A stretch of DNA of 64,000 bases, taken from NCBI GenBank assembly GCA_000320545.1, contig ADNK01002135.1:11385-75384 (forward strand), given 5' to 3'. This DNA comes from Bigelowiella natans CCMP2755 (Eukaryota; Protista; Cercozoa). Of this stretch, positions 39,041 through 50,234 are shown in pieces. The notes under the pieces were generated by a model. That model saw only the letters and a program-made list of their open reading frames with translations, did no database searches and was not told the DNA's origin. Each line of letters starts with the position of its first letter. The stretch's first letter is position 1. The position numbers and the translations under genes are program-made.

Positions 39041-42000
39041 TCATCGCTTTCGGAACTTCACCAACCACCAGGTAATAGATTCCTCTCTAACCTTATCTCC
39101 TTTGTCGCTTACCCAGAACTCACCTTCGTCCTTAGGTTCGTGTCCATACCAGCCCTCTGCATCAAGGTCCCCCAGGACCTTATACCAGTGCTCAAAGGGT
39201 AAGTCGGGAACAGCTAGGTAGAGTAGCTGATATTTTCCGTCCTTTATTTTCATAGCTACCCTCTCCATATTTCGTAATCCAGGGTAGCCTAGATAGACAA
39301 TCTTCATGCGCCAATCGTCGTTCACCCTGACCTTATTGTTTCCATATTCCACATCGAACTTAGGTCGGGGTCCTAAACAAGGCATTGCTCGCTCCCACAC
39401 AGTAGGGTTTACTTTAACATCCTCTAGGAGCTTCTCACCGATATCATAATTCTTTAGGTGACTGATGTGGCGCAAGGTGACCCTGTTCCCATCATAGATG
39501 TAGTACTGCTTCCTCCCCTTCCTCTCGGTAACCTTTGCAACGCCACCCCAGAAGGGGTCTTGTTTATTTCTCGATCTCAGATTTACCTTGGCCCTAACAT
39601 ACTGTCCTTCCTTTAGAACTCGGCCATCGTACGGGACCTTCTCGTCTTCGCTCTCGGTATCGTCGTCGTTGTCGTCGCCTTCTTCCCTCTCCTTATCCTT
39701 GATACCTCCCCCAGACGTGAAGGTGTCGTTTACTAACCCTTGTATCTTGTCTGGTGTGGTGCTATTTATCCTGCTTAGGTTGGCCAAGGTGCGGTGGAGT
39801 CGCTCTACCTTGGAGTTGGACTGGGCATAGTATACAGGTGAGGCATCAATATTAGGGTGTGGTAGCTGTAGAAGAGAGGTCTCATTATCCACATGTAACT
39901 TCTTTGGTATCTTGTTTATGCTAACTTCATCAGGGATAGCCTGGAGCTCAGACTCCCAGGTACGGTAGCAGTTAGTAAGCCTCTGCTTATATAAGCCTTT
40001 GTTCTTCTTAGCAACGTTGACCTTGATAATCTTTTTAACCCAGCACTTTCCAGTGGCCACATCAACGAAGGTAAGGTAGTGATAGCCATCGTACTTATAA
40101 ACATCAATTTGCACGATATCTAAGAAGTTCCTTGCTTTGATTTTCTTAGATGCACGGCTCTTGCTGGACTCCTTGGTGGCGACGCCTGCCGCCTTCAAGC
40201 TGGAGCACCTGCAGCCACGCAGGTATGTCCTTATCTCTTTTAGCTTGTAGGGCCAGTAGTAATGGTAGAGTAGAGCAGTGATATGGTTTTCTCCTACGTG
40301 TGCAGGTCCATGGGCGGTAAAGAGAAGGGCTCCCCTGGTCCGCCGTGGCACGTAGGTACGCCTAACATTATTAGTGTATACATATATCCTATCACTAAGT
40401 ACCTCATGCTTGTGTTTGTATTTATCCAGGTGTTCTTGAAGGTGCTGGAGCTCCTCTGGCTCAGGCAGGAAGTCGCCGTCCTCGAAGGTAATCGCGTTAA
40501 CCATAGGGGTGACCTGGGTAGGGACTTTCTTTTCGAACAGCCTGCTGAAATAGTCAGCAAGCTGCTTGTCTCCTGGTGCGTAGACCACTGTCCTCTTGTC
40601 CCTAAACTCTTCCGTGTCCGCCCTCATAGCTGCATACTCATCGTTAGGCGCTTCGAGCTTGCGGTCGATGCCTAGGAGGGGCTTGTGGTCAGTCATTAAG
40701 GTGAAGCTGGGCACCGACAGCAGGTAGTATCTTAGTTTCCTCTGCGCCTCAGTCATGGCTTTATACTCTCCTTTTGTAGGGCTGTACTTGGCCTCAGCTG
40801 CTGTGCAGGCCCTGCCCCACACCCGTATGATCTGCTGGTCTTGGGTAAGTACAGCAGCCATACCTAGCTTAGACCAGTCTGTCCATAGGGTAGCTGGTCT
40901 AGTAGTGTCTAGCTTAGCATTCAATAGGGTGTTGCTGCATAACTTTATTAGGTTATCGAAGTGGGCATCAAGGCCAGCCTTGGCCCACACCTTAGCGAAG
41001 CTGAGGCCTACAGAGTTCTCCTTCCGGTAAGCAGTAGTAAAAGCAGCTGCAGTCCTAGCGTAGGTAGGGGAGAACCTACGTAGTATCCAAGCTGCAGTCT
41101 GCAAGAATGACTTTAACTCCTTTGCATTCTTAGGTTTAGGGGCTTGCTGTAGTGCTGCTACTTTCTCGGGGTTTGGGGTGATGCGGCCTTGCTCCAGGTA
41201 ATATCCACACCACTTGATTCTTGTAGCTAGGAATGTACACTTCTGCAGTCTAATAGTAAAACCGAAGTGTGCAAACCTAATAAATATATTTTCCAGGAGG
41301 AAGATCTGAGCGACGACTGTGTTGGTACATATTATGTCATCATCCACATACACAAACACAAACACCCACAACACAGACGCCATCCCATCATGTGTGTATG
41401 CCCTGTAGTTCTGACTACTGAACGCATCCCCTGATATGCTTAGGCCGTAAGGGAATACGACGAAGTGCCACTTCCTGTGCCTGCTGGAGAACGCGGTAAT
41501 GGGGCGGGAGGTTTTGTGGATGGGTGTCTGCATGTATGATTCATTTTTATCTAGGGAAGAGTAGTATTTGTATCCTATGACGTGTTCAATAACGTCATCT
41601 ATCCTTGGTGTAGGTGTCTGGATCCTCTTTATTACTCGGTTGTGGCGGATGAAGTTGTGCGCCAGGCGGAAGAAAGGGTAAGTAGGTTTCTTAGCTAGCA
41701 CATGTCTCACGTTCCATGGTGAGTTGCTTGGCTCTATCTTCCCTTCCTTTGCCCATTCATTGATCTGCCACTCTATCTTTTCCCAGTCCGCTTCCGGTCG
41801 CCTATGTTCTGGGTCATTGATGATGCACTCTTCGTATCCCTTCTTTAGCTCGATCTTTACTGGGGTAAGCTTGCTGGAGGGCTTCGTCGTCGGCTTGGTG
41901 ATGTCAGAGTACTTCTCGTTTAATATTTTATTAATGTACTTTTTGCCTTTGTCGATATCCCAATCATCAGCTGGGGGGGTCTTGTCCAGTAGCTCCGTTA

Positions 42001-44014
42001 TCTGTCGGATGGTCTTGCCGGGGTTCTTCTTCCGTAGCTCGGTAGGTGTAGGTAGCTTGTTGTCCGCTAGGTCCATAAACTCTAACGCATTAACGCTTGA
42101 CTCAGAGGTCCACTCGTCAAGCCGTATCATGTTCTGGCTGATGGTCCTGCCTGACTTCTTTGGCAACTTAGCAAAGTATATCTTGTGATTGTAGAATGAT
42201 ATGATCCCCCCTAATTTTTCTAGGGCATCCTGTCCGAGGAGTAGTTCCATGGATAAAGTCATGGCTACTCGGGTCTTGATTTGGGTCTCCGCGTCGCTGC
42301 CAGGTATCTGTAGCTTTAGCATTAGCTCACCGACGGTCTTCATGGAAGAGCTTCCGTCTGCTTGAGCATATTTACGTTCTTTCTTAGTCACTTGATCCAA
42401 TAGTCCTAACCTTCTTACTGTGCTTAGGCTTATGAAGGACTTCGGCATGCTGCCACTATCCCAAAGGGCAGGTAGTTTCTTGTAGTCTCCGTAGCTGTCT
42501 TTAACTTTAACCTTGGTCATAGCAACTTTGATAGTCCTGTTAGCGTCTTCGTCATTAATGTTGCATACTCCTAAGTTCTTTATGTCGTCTAGGGTCATGG
42601 GCTTGTCTTGGTCCTGCGTTGCTGGTACTGCTGTCTTCGTCGGCGCCTGCTTAAGGTGATCTAATATTCCGTTTATCTGCTGCTGTATAGCATTGATACT
42701 GTTCTGCTTTTTGTTCTTATATTTATTGTTCTTCCCGTTGTTGCTGCCTTGCCATTTGCTGTTGTTATATCCTTGTCCTCTGCCTTTCTTTCTCTTTAAC
42801 TTCTCGTAGTGTTCGTTGAGCTGCCTGATCGTCATCCTGGGTCGTCCTTCTTTCCTGTCTCTGCAGTCTTTAGCGGTGTGTTTCCCTTTACGTGAGCAGT
42901 ATCCGCAACGTCGGTTACCTTCCCTGTCCTTGTACCAGTCTCGCTGCGGCTTAATAGCGTTAATGTTTCCTATGCCAGGTACCTTAGGGCTGGTAAACTT
43001 GCGGTCCTGCTCCTGCTCGCGTAGGGATATAGCCTGCACTGCTGCCTCCATCGTGGTGTAGCCTTTCTCCGTAACGTAAGTGGATTCCTTTATCTTTAAC
43101 TTGAACTCTTCAAACCTTGCCTGATCATCACCTGTGTTGTAATTAAAATCATGTAGTTCGTCGATCATATCCTGGAAGCGCGTGGCAAAGTCTCTAACAG
43201 GTTCTCTCTCATGCTGCATCATTGCTCTGTATTTTCTAATAGCCTGGGGTAGGGAGTTAGCATCCTGTTCATTTACAAAAGCCTTCATTATCGCCTCAAC
43301 GTCTCGTAGCCCACTAACTGTAGTGTGTATTTTCTCTAGCTGCCTGATCCGGGTCCTGCCTGTCTCGTAAAGGTCCATGGCTTGCTTTATTATAGCTAGC
43401 CATTTGAGCTTGTCGTTTTCGGTGGGGTTAGGGGTAAAGTCGCAGAGTATACTCCTAGCGTTCTTCCACCACCTCCTTGCCTCACCTCTTTTCCCGTTGT
43501 ATTTCGTTATCATAACCGGTGCTGTTTTAACAGACATGAACTGGGTGTTCCGCTGTACCGGCTGCTGCTGCTTGACGGTGCTCTGGGTCGTCCCCCGCGA
43601 GGCGCCCAGACCCCCGTCGTTCCTAAACAAAGCTGCCCACTCTGGAGGTAAGTCTGCTTCGTAATCCATGATGTCCTGCATGATAGCTGCCCAAACATCA
43701 TGTGTCTGATACTTGTATTCTATCGATACTTTCAGTTTGGCGTAGTTGCTCGCCCTGGGTCGCAAGGCTCGTAATGCCATTACGACCTTCTTGCTTTCGG
43801 CGGCCACGTCCTCGTCGTCCGCCTCGTAGAAGTTCTCCAGTGCCTCTGCTGCTGCATCTGCTTTCTTAATCCCGGGTGCTGGTCCCGGCGGTGCCTGTGG
43901 AGGTGTTCCTCCTCCTTCCTTAGCGTCCGTATCGCCCTTCCTTTCCTGTTTCTGCTCGTGCCCTTGCACGGCCTGCGAGCCAAAGTCCTGCTGTTCTTCT
44001 AGCTGCTGTGACAT
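39041..44014 (-). CDS. Gag-Pol polyprotein (1657 aa): Gag with CCHC knuckle, aspartic protease, RT, RNase H, integrase, SH3/GPY-F-like region, C-terminal adenine-MTase-like domain
   Basis: CGYCSRKGKHTAKDC; LWDSGS; YSSLD..YMQ, FPYGL, YVDDD; LWTDWS, YSPTKGE, LMTDHKPL, LADYFSR; HGPAH..CRC, QIDV..FVDVAT..VDNE..SNSKVER; DPFWGG...RHISHLKNY. Confidence 0.96.
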   Translation of the reverse strand: MSQQLEEQQDFGSQAVQGHEQKQERKGDTDAKEGGGTPPQAPPGPAPGIKKADAAAEALENFYEADDEDVAAESKKVVMALRALRPRASNYAKLKVSIEYKYQTHDVWAAIMQDIMDYEADLPPEWAALFRNDGGLGASRGTTQSTVKQQQPVQRNTQFMSVKTAPVMITKYNGKRGEARRWWKNARSILCDFTPNPTENDKLKWLAIIKQAMDLYETGRTRIRQLEKIHTTVSGLRDVEAIMKAFVNEQDANSLPQAIRKYRAMMQHEREPVRDFATRFQDMIDELHDFNYNTGDDQARFEEFKLKIKESTYVTEKGYTTMEAAVQAISLREQEQDRKFTSPKVPGIGNINAIKPQRDWYKDREGNRRCGYCSRKGKHTAKDCRDRKEGRPRMTIRQLNEHYEKLKRKKGRGQGYNNSKWQGSNNGKNNKYKNKKQNSINAIQQQINGILDHLKQAPTKTAVPATQDQDKPMTLDDIKNLGVCNINDEDANRTIKVAMTKVKVKDSYGDYKKLPALWDSGSMPKSFISLSTVRRLGLLDQVTKKERKYAQADGSSSMKTVGELMLKLQIPGSDAETQIKTRVAMTLSMELLLGQDALEKLGGIISFYNHKIYFAKLPKKSGRTISQNMIRLDEWTSESSVNALEFMDLADNKLPTPTELRKKNPGKTIRQITELLDKTPPADDWDIDKGKKYINKILNEKYSDITKPTTKPSSKLTPVKIELKKGYEECIINDPEHRRPEADWEKIEWQINEWAKEGKIEPSNSPWNVRHVLAKKPTYPFFRLAHNFIRHNRVIKRIQTPTPRIDDVIEHVIGYKYYSSLDKNESYMQTPIHKTSRPITAFSSRHRKWHFVVFPYGLSISGDAFSSQNYRAYTHDGMASVLWVFVFVYVDDDIICTNTVVAQIFLLENIFIRFAHFGFTIRLQKCTFLATRIKWCGYYLEQGRITPNPEKVAALQQAPKPKNAKELKSFLQTAAWILRRFSPTYARTAAAFTTAYRKENSVGLSFAKVWAKAGLDAHFDNLIKLCSNTLLNAKLDTTRPATLWTDWSKLGMAAVLTQDQQIIRVWGRACTAAEAKYSPTKGEYKAMTEAQRKLRYYLLSVPSFTLMTDHKPLLGIDRKLEAPNDEYAAMRADTEEFRDKRTVVYAPGDKQLADYFSRLFEKKVPTQVTPMVNAITFEDGDFLPEPEELQHLQEHLDKYKHKHEVLSDRIYVYTNNVRRTYVPRRTRGALLFTAHGPAHVGENHITALLYHYYWPYKLKEIRTYLRGCRCSSLKAAGVATKESSKSRASKKIKARNFLDIVQIDVYKYDGYHYLTFVDVATGKCWVKKIIKVNVAKKNKGLYKQRLTNCYRTWESELQAIPDEVSINKIPKKLHVDNETSLLQLPHPNIDASPVYYAQSNSKVERLHRTLANLSRINSTTPDKIQGLVNDTFTSGGGIKDKEREEGDDNDDDTESEDEKVPYDGRVLKEGQYVRAKVNLRSRNKQDPFWGGVAKVTERKGRKQYYIYDGNRVTLRHISHLKNYDIGEKLLEDVKVNPTVWERAMPCLGPRPKFDVEYGNNKVRVNDDWRMKIVYLGYPGLRNMERVAMKIKDGKYQLLYLAVPDLPFEHWYKVLGDLDAEGWYGHEPKDEGEFWVSDKGDKVREESITWWLVKFRKR

Positions 44015-44031
44015 TGTTAGTCAAATCGTTT

Positions 44032-44048
44032 CCCGTGTGTGGAAGCCA
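44032..44048 (-). promoter_or_regulatory. Primer-binding site
   Basis: Minus strand TGGCTTCCACACACGGG, 5 nt inside the 5' LTR end. Complementary to a tRNA-like 3' end ...GTGTGGAAGCCA; the cognate tRNA was not identified. Confidence 0.7.
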
Positions 44049-44053
44049 AAGGT

Positions 44054-44379
44054 TGTTGCGCGTAAGGTGTTCACAGGCCGAGGCGCTACGTGCACAAGTA
44101 GGCAGGGGGGGGGAAAGGCACGTTTGCTTCCTTTTGAAGAGTTGTGTTTATTTTTATTAAAGATTATATTTTTATTAAATCGTGCACTGCGTAATCATTC
44201 GCGAAGCTTTCGCGAATGCCGCCGCACGTGGGGCAGCACACTTCCGGTGTGCTGCCATGAGTCCCGCCGGAACCCACGTGCCTATGCTGTATTAATATCT
44301 ACGTTATCTATATTCTATATCCGCGACAACCCCTTTGTTGTCGCACGTGACTTGTGCCCGCGTAGTGGTACGCGCTACA
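44054..44379 (-). repeat. 5' LTR
   Basis: Identical to 38664-38989. Confidence 0.97.
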
Positions 44380-44835
44380 ACACGCACACGTGTCCTGGCA
44401 ATGATGGACATGCAATGTGTTGCATGCATGTCATGCACATCATGTTGCTGTGTCCATCATGGCAAAGCACAAGTGCTGCGTGCGCTGTCATGCGTCCACT
44501 TTGATCCAGTCATGACACACGAACACACGGCCAGGCATGTGCACAGGCACACACACAATGACCACGTGCAAACCAAGACTGTCCACAAGACTGCAACGTG
44601 TCGCAGCTCCGCAGCTCGTTGTTTGGGAAAACAAGTGTCCTCGGGCACAACACTGTGATCCAAGTGAGCAAAGCTGTTTGTGTTTGAATGAATGAACGAT
44701 TCAACAGGTGCGGTGGAAGGGATCATCCGCAACCAAATTGCGCTTGATTGATTCCAACATTGTCAAAAACAAGAGATGCTCGCGCGCAAAGTTTGTGCGA
44801 CAAACCATCACAATCAAAACGAAGAGACTTTTGCG
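44380..44835. other. TpA-free patch flanking the retrotransposon (continuous with 38400-38660 before insertion)
   Basis: No TpA dinucleotide found by eye in these 456 bp. The first TA is at 44836. Confidence 0.85.
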
Positions 44836-45013
44836 TAACCGGTAGCACAAATTCAATTTGCAGGGGGTACACCTGAAAGCAGGACCATGCGGTCGTTAAC
44901 GTCCCCTTTCTCAACCACTCGACAGCCTTTCTGGTCAATTCTTAGGTGAAAATGCCCTTTCATTTTGTACAAACTTTGTGTTCATACCGAGAGCAAATTG
45001 AGCGTACACTGTC

Positions 45014-47210
45014 ATGGCACTGACGGCCAGCGTGATCTCCGATTCTATCCGGTGCAGCTTTGCCATTGTGGCAATATTTATACTCGCTGTTCAAATTAAG
45101 GAGAGGAAAGAAGGCAGAACTGTCTCATGGAGAATCCATTGGTATTTGGAGATTCAATTCTACGTGTGATCGTTTACAGGACGTACAATCCTTCATTGAA
45201 CATTTACAATCTAAGGTTTTCACTAGGAGGATTGATCCTGAATTTCATAGCTTTCTTGGGTCACCGTAGACCAATTAATTTTCCGTGGCAACTCACAGCT
45301 TTCTGTTATGCGGCCGCAACGGTGATTTGAGCTCGTCTGTACCCCTCAGCAAAAATAAAACACGTGATATTTTCCCAGGCACAATTATTTCTTACCTTTC
45401 TATACCTTGCTTTTGTGGTAACCGTGGCAAACTACAAAGCTTGCAAGATGTCCGATTTGTTGGTAAGTTTTTTGGAAGAGAGTGGACACAAGTTTCACGC
45501 ATTGATTGATGCATTGTTTCTCCCTACTCCCTACGGCAGCCGAGATTCCTTGCTCCAGCATTCCAGCTTTTGGTAGTCCGTTCATTTTTTCCAAATGAAA
45601 CATAGAAATGAAATGTGAAGGGGCCTATCCTTTCTCTCTTCATCCCTCCTTAATTTCCTGATTCTCATCAGGCTGTGCTGTTCGTCCTCGTCCAGATTGT
45701 GTGTATCCTTGGTGGCGTATTCACCAACAAAATCGTTTTCTGGGCGTGCCGTGCAATTGTGAACTTTTTCGCCACTCTTCTTCTAACAGCATTGTTCGAA
45801 CATGCGATGATTGGGCTTCTACTCCACGCAAAGAAATCCTTCCCTAGGCACTGGGAAGGTCAGGAGATTGCGGGCTACAATCCAGATGGGTCGCGGGTGG
45901 ATGCAAGCTCGAAGAGCAGCAGGAAGAACAGAAATAAACATAAGAAGATATGGACATGGGGAAAGCAACAGGAGGTGCAAGTTCAATCTCCTCCGCCCTC
46001 AGTGTGGCTTCCAAGCCAGCAGCCTGGTTCCATCCTATCTCCATCGCACAACAAAGCGAAGTTGGGCGGTGAGACTGATGCCAAAGGTAACGCCTGCCAA
46101 GAGGTAAAGCAAGAGGAAGAGAGCGCAAGTAGCAAAAACAATAAATCCATGCTGGGGAGGAGCGGCAGCAGTAGCTGCAGGTGGCGTAGCCCAAGGGCGA
46201 CGACGACAACGAATACTACAACGACGACCACCACACCAACGACCATAATAGGAGACATCATGCACGTCGAAAATCCTACTACTACGACCAGCGCTATTCC
46301 CACAGAGAACAGCAACTGCAGCACTGCTGAGATGAGCCGCGCGACAACAGCAACAACGATGACTCCTAACCTGACAAAGCACCTCAGCTCAAATAGCCTC
46401 GATAAAGTGTTGGACTTCTCCGTGGGCATGATTCAAAATTCATCCTCAGTGAAGCTAAGCCACCATGGCACCGACCAACACACTCAGCATCAGCAGCAGC
46501 TTTCATGCGAGCTCTTGGGCAGCAGCGAAAGCAATAGTAAGACAAGGAATAAAATAAAAAGGAATCAGCCTGGTGACAATAATGAGGATGCAGATGACAG
46601 GGAGGATAATGTGGAAGTTGTTAATGCTTTTAAAGACATGAAATCTCAAGGATTTTCGTTACATTCGCCTCACCCATTCCATAATAACACTCCTGCAGAA
46701 TCTTTAGTGTTTGTTCGAGAGAATAAAGTGAAAAACAAGATTTCCCACGTGAAAATCAACGCCGTGGCTCTAGCCAATGTAAGAGCCCGAAGGCGAAAGC
46801 GAAAGGTTCATCTCGTATATGTAGCCTGTCCCTAAGTACTCATTTCATAATTTTCCTTCCCCATGTTATTTGCATTTTGAGAAAGTTTGAATTCTATTTA
46901 GGGGAAAGAAATCGCAGCTTTAAGGAAGATTGTGCTGTGCATCGTGTTCGGATTCGTTTTGGGTGCATTTTCGTCCGTCTTTTCATTTTTCCTTTTCTTG
47001 CGGTGGAGCGGATACGATGGCGACAACGACAAGGAGGATGTCTCAAGTATTTACACTGGAAACTCTACCTTTAACCCAGCAGAAGATGCCGCAACATATA
47101 CCAACATTCTTGGCTGGTACTACTTGTTGTGGTACTCGTGGACGATCAAGTGCAATAGCGAGTGGTTGCGAGTGAGAAGATCAGGCTCAAGAGGTAGAAG
47201 TACGCATTAA
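45014..47210 (+). CDS. Multi-pass (7TM/GPCR-like) membrane protein with very long S/T-rich cytoplasmic loop; spliced
   Basis: Hydrophobic helices SFAIVAIFILAVQI, AQLFLTFLYLAFVVTVA, VLFVLVQIVCILGGVF, IVNFFATLLLTALF; then a ~320-aa polar loop; then IVLCIVFGFVLGAFSSVFSFFLF and NILGWYYLLWYSW. Confidence 0.6.
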
Positions 47211-48063
47211 ATTTGCAACTATGGATGATGAGATCAAGACTTTCAATAAAACGCTTGAGCTGCTTCTCATTCCCCTCCAACCTGCAATGGTAGCAACAAT
47301 ATGATCAGCACAATGGGAATTTTACCCTTTTTCATTTTGGACATGTATTTGATTTGATAACTGATGCATACAATTAAAAATTAAAGTGATAAATCGAAAC
47401 ATAGTAATAACACCATCGAAAATAATGTAATTTTAAGATACATGGCCACATTAAAAGATCAGGCAAACATTGTAGCTGCCGCGTTATGCGTGCAAGTGCA
47501 AAGATTTTATTAGCATGTAATATGAACTTCATTAGATGCCTTTTGATTAAACGGTCGTGAGCATTAGTTTTGTCCTTTAGTATGCAACATCAAGGCTAGG
47601 TGTGTGTCATTTAGGGCATGCGCGCAACACATGCATGTGTTCCAGATATGGGATTGTAAACATTTATTGTTTAGATGTAGAACAATACGCACGTCCACAA
47701 CTCGGTCAACGTGCTAGCGTGGCTAGATTGCACGATGCGTGATCGCGGGCCCACTCTAGCACTGTGTGCATGGCTGCATGCCCATCGCGGTGATATGAGG
47801 CAATGATCACATCATCAGTACCATTTTTCAACACAACTCTAGACGTTACAGATTAAGCCACGTCGTGATCGCATACATGGACATCGACCGCCATGCCTAG
47901 ATGCTTCAAATGTCTATTGTGATCTGCATTTAAGATGCGTAGGTTTCGCCCGTTAAAGCCATTATTTGGTGAGGGAAACCGAGAGTTAGCTCTCCAAATT
48001 TAATTTCAAGATGGCATAGGAGAACGATTGCTGTGGAGTATGAAGGATTTTCGCGGTTCTTCG

Positions 48064-50190
48064 CTATTCCTCCGCTTCTTGCCAGCACTTCCACTTCTTG
48101 ATGTACTGATCATCGTTGTAATCAGGTACAGTTGGCACCTTTCCACCATTAAGATCTGCCATCGCATTTATCCATTCCATGTCTGTAAGCCCTGACTTAC
48201 ACTTATTGGAGCCTTCCGATAATTTAGTGCAAGCTGGAAACGCGTAAATATCGCTCTTGTGAACCGCCTGTCAAATTAGTTGGAGTGGGGAATGAAAATG
48301 GTGAAGTTGTTCCAGACTCAAATCTAATCAATGCCTCTGTAGGTTTTTAAATTTCTTGTCTTCTCCACAAGTGCTTACGACTAGATCTACTCTATTTGCG
48401 AGCAGTACTACAGAAGAGAAGGAAATGTATTCCTTATCCCGTTTCTACATTTTCCCCTACATAGCTACTACCTCTGCGCAGTTCTCTTTATCGTCATCAA
48501 ATAACACAATGCTGCGGCTTCTCAGATTCGTGCCATGTTCATGCTCCCAGGCCGCCTTTAACTGATTGATTACAGAAAGTGATACTGAGATAATGTAACG
48601 CTGAAATCTTTACTTGCCAATGCTTCTTAGCCTCTTAACGTACAATGGCAGAGTGTTATCCACAGTCGATGATAGTTGATGCAAAGCATGCAATAACATA
48701 AAAAATCCAGTTAGCCGAACTTTGCGCTCGCAAGCTGCTAGTCCACCCCCCCCCCCCTCCACGCCGACAAAGTTACATTGTTAATATGCTCAGTTTTAAA
48801 GCACTGCTTGCGGTCTTCTTCGGGCACACTCAGGATGTTGTGGTAGCTCGGATTAAGCCCATATATCATGATCTTGTCAGTCTGTAGTAGACAAGGTCGA
48901 GGGTCACGCATGAACAAACACATCGCTACGGTGAGAAAGAGAGGGGGGAAGAGAAGCAAGAAAAAGGAGTTGCCGGGTAGTATACAACGTCATGCAGCCG
49001 CAAACGTATTCCCAATTGCATCGCTGCTGTTGAAGGCTGGTCACAGAGAACAACGTCTTTTGCAACTATTTCATTTGAAAATAATCAATTACCTCAGCTT
49101 TGGTGAGGGCGGGGTTGTCTCCAGTAGTGAACACCAACTCTAATATTCCTCGAATAAATTCCTTCCCGGCTCCTATCTGAGCAGAAGGCAGACACCCAAT
49201 ATACAAATGAGCACAGGTAAATGATCATCGCTCGAGGCATTTAAGAGGCGAGGGGGCTTCTCACTACAACACCTTTGCCTGCCGGAGCCACGGCGCGGTC
49301 TCGTAGAGTTTATCATCGGAGTACGTGGCGATCCCAACCTGTATGTATGTAGGCCCGATAACAAGGTTGATATGATGTAGTAGTTTGTTATTGTTGGAGG
49401 AGGACGAGGTGGAGGCAAGGCATGTCGTACTGAGGAATACATACATACATCCTGCGATCGCAGCAGTTCACCGGTGTTCAATGACTGATGGTCTCGTTGT
49501 GCTCCGAAGGGTGCTATTACTCCTACTTTCAGCTGTGGCTACTATTACTACTATTACTACTACTACTACTACTACTACTACACACTTCTTTACCGAGAAA
49601 CCGCTCTTAATGAGCTTCGGGACGACTTTCGTGAAAGTTGACGACCTAATGAGGAGGAGATTGAACATTTATGCATTTTCACGGCAGCGACTATTATGTG
49701 CTGCTGCTGATGATGATGATGATGTGTTGATGGTGTCTACAATGATATGGAAGGAGGTTATCAAGGTTGCAAAGTATCAGATTTCATTTCAGTCTGAATA
49801 TTTGATCTAATTCTACATTGAATTAGCGGACACTTATTATTACTAGTACTGATCATAAGAGTATATTTCTAGAATATGTGATTTAGATTCCGTAAGGAAC
49901 ATCATTCGCCAAGAAAACGCAGATAATTTGCCCTGCAGCAGGGTTCGAATCATCGGTATTTTCAAGCACGGTAAATAATAAATTGCAGCCAGGCCGTTAT
50001 TTTGTGGTATTAAAAGTAGTTTGTCATCATCTTCTGGTGTACATTTTGCCGCCAAGACCTCGTAGTCCGATTTCCAATTACCTATTAATTAGGGCGTTGA
50101 GCAGCAATAGTGGAGAAGATGATGATTAAAAGATGCTGCGATGATACTAAAAGGGTAATCCATCGGACACGCACGCACACACGCAGATAC

Positions 50191-50234
<44 letters not shown>

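Larger units (their letters stand above)
38664..44379 (-). mobile_element. Intact Ty3/Gypsy LTR retrotransposon (5716 bp), 4-bp TSD ACAC
   Basis: Identical 326-bp LTRs with TG...CA ends. ACAC flanks both sides (38660-38663, 44380-44383). PBS and PPT are present. Single ORF with domain order gag-PR-RT-RNaseH-IN. Confidence 0.97.

Noticed and set aside
39044-39424. Chromodomain or env as the identity of the extra C-terminal Pol domain
   Set aside because: It lacks the chromodomain 'YLVKWxG...TWE' arrangement and length, has no signal peptide or TM helix, and its motif order fits the Dam-like MT pattern better.
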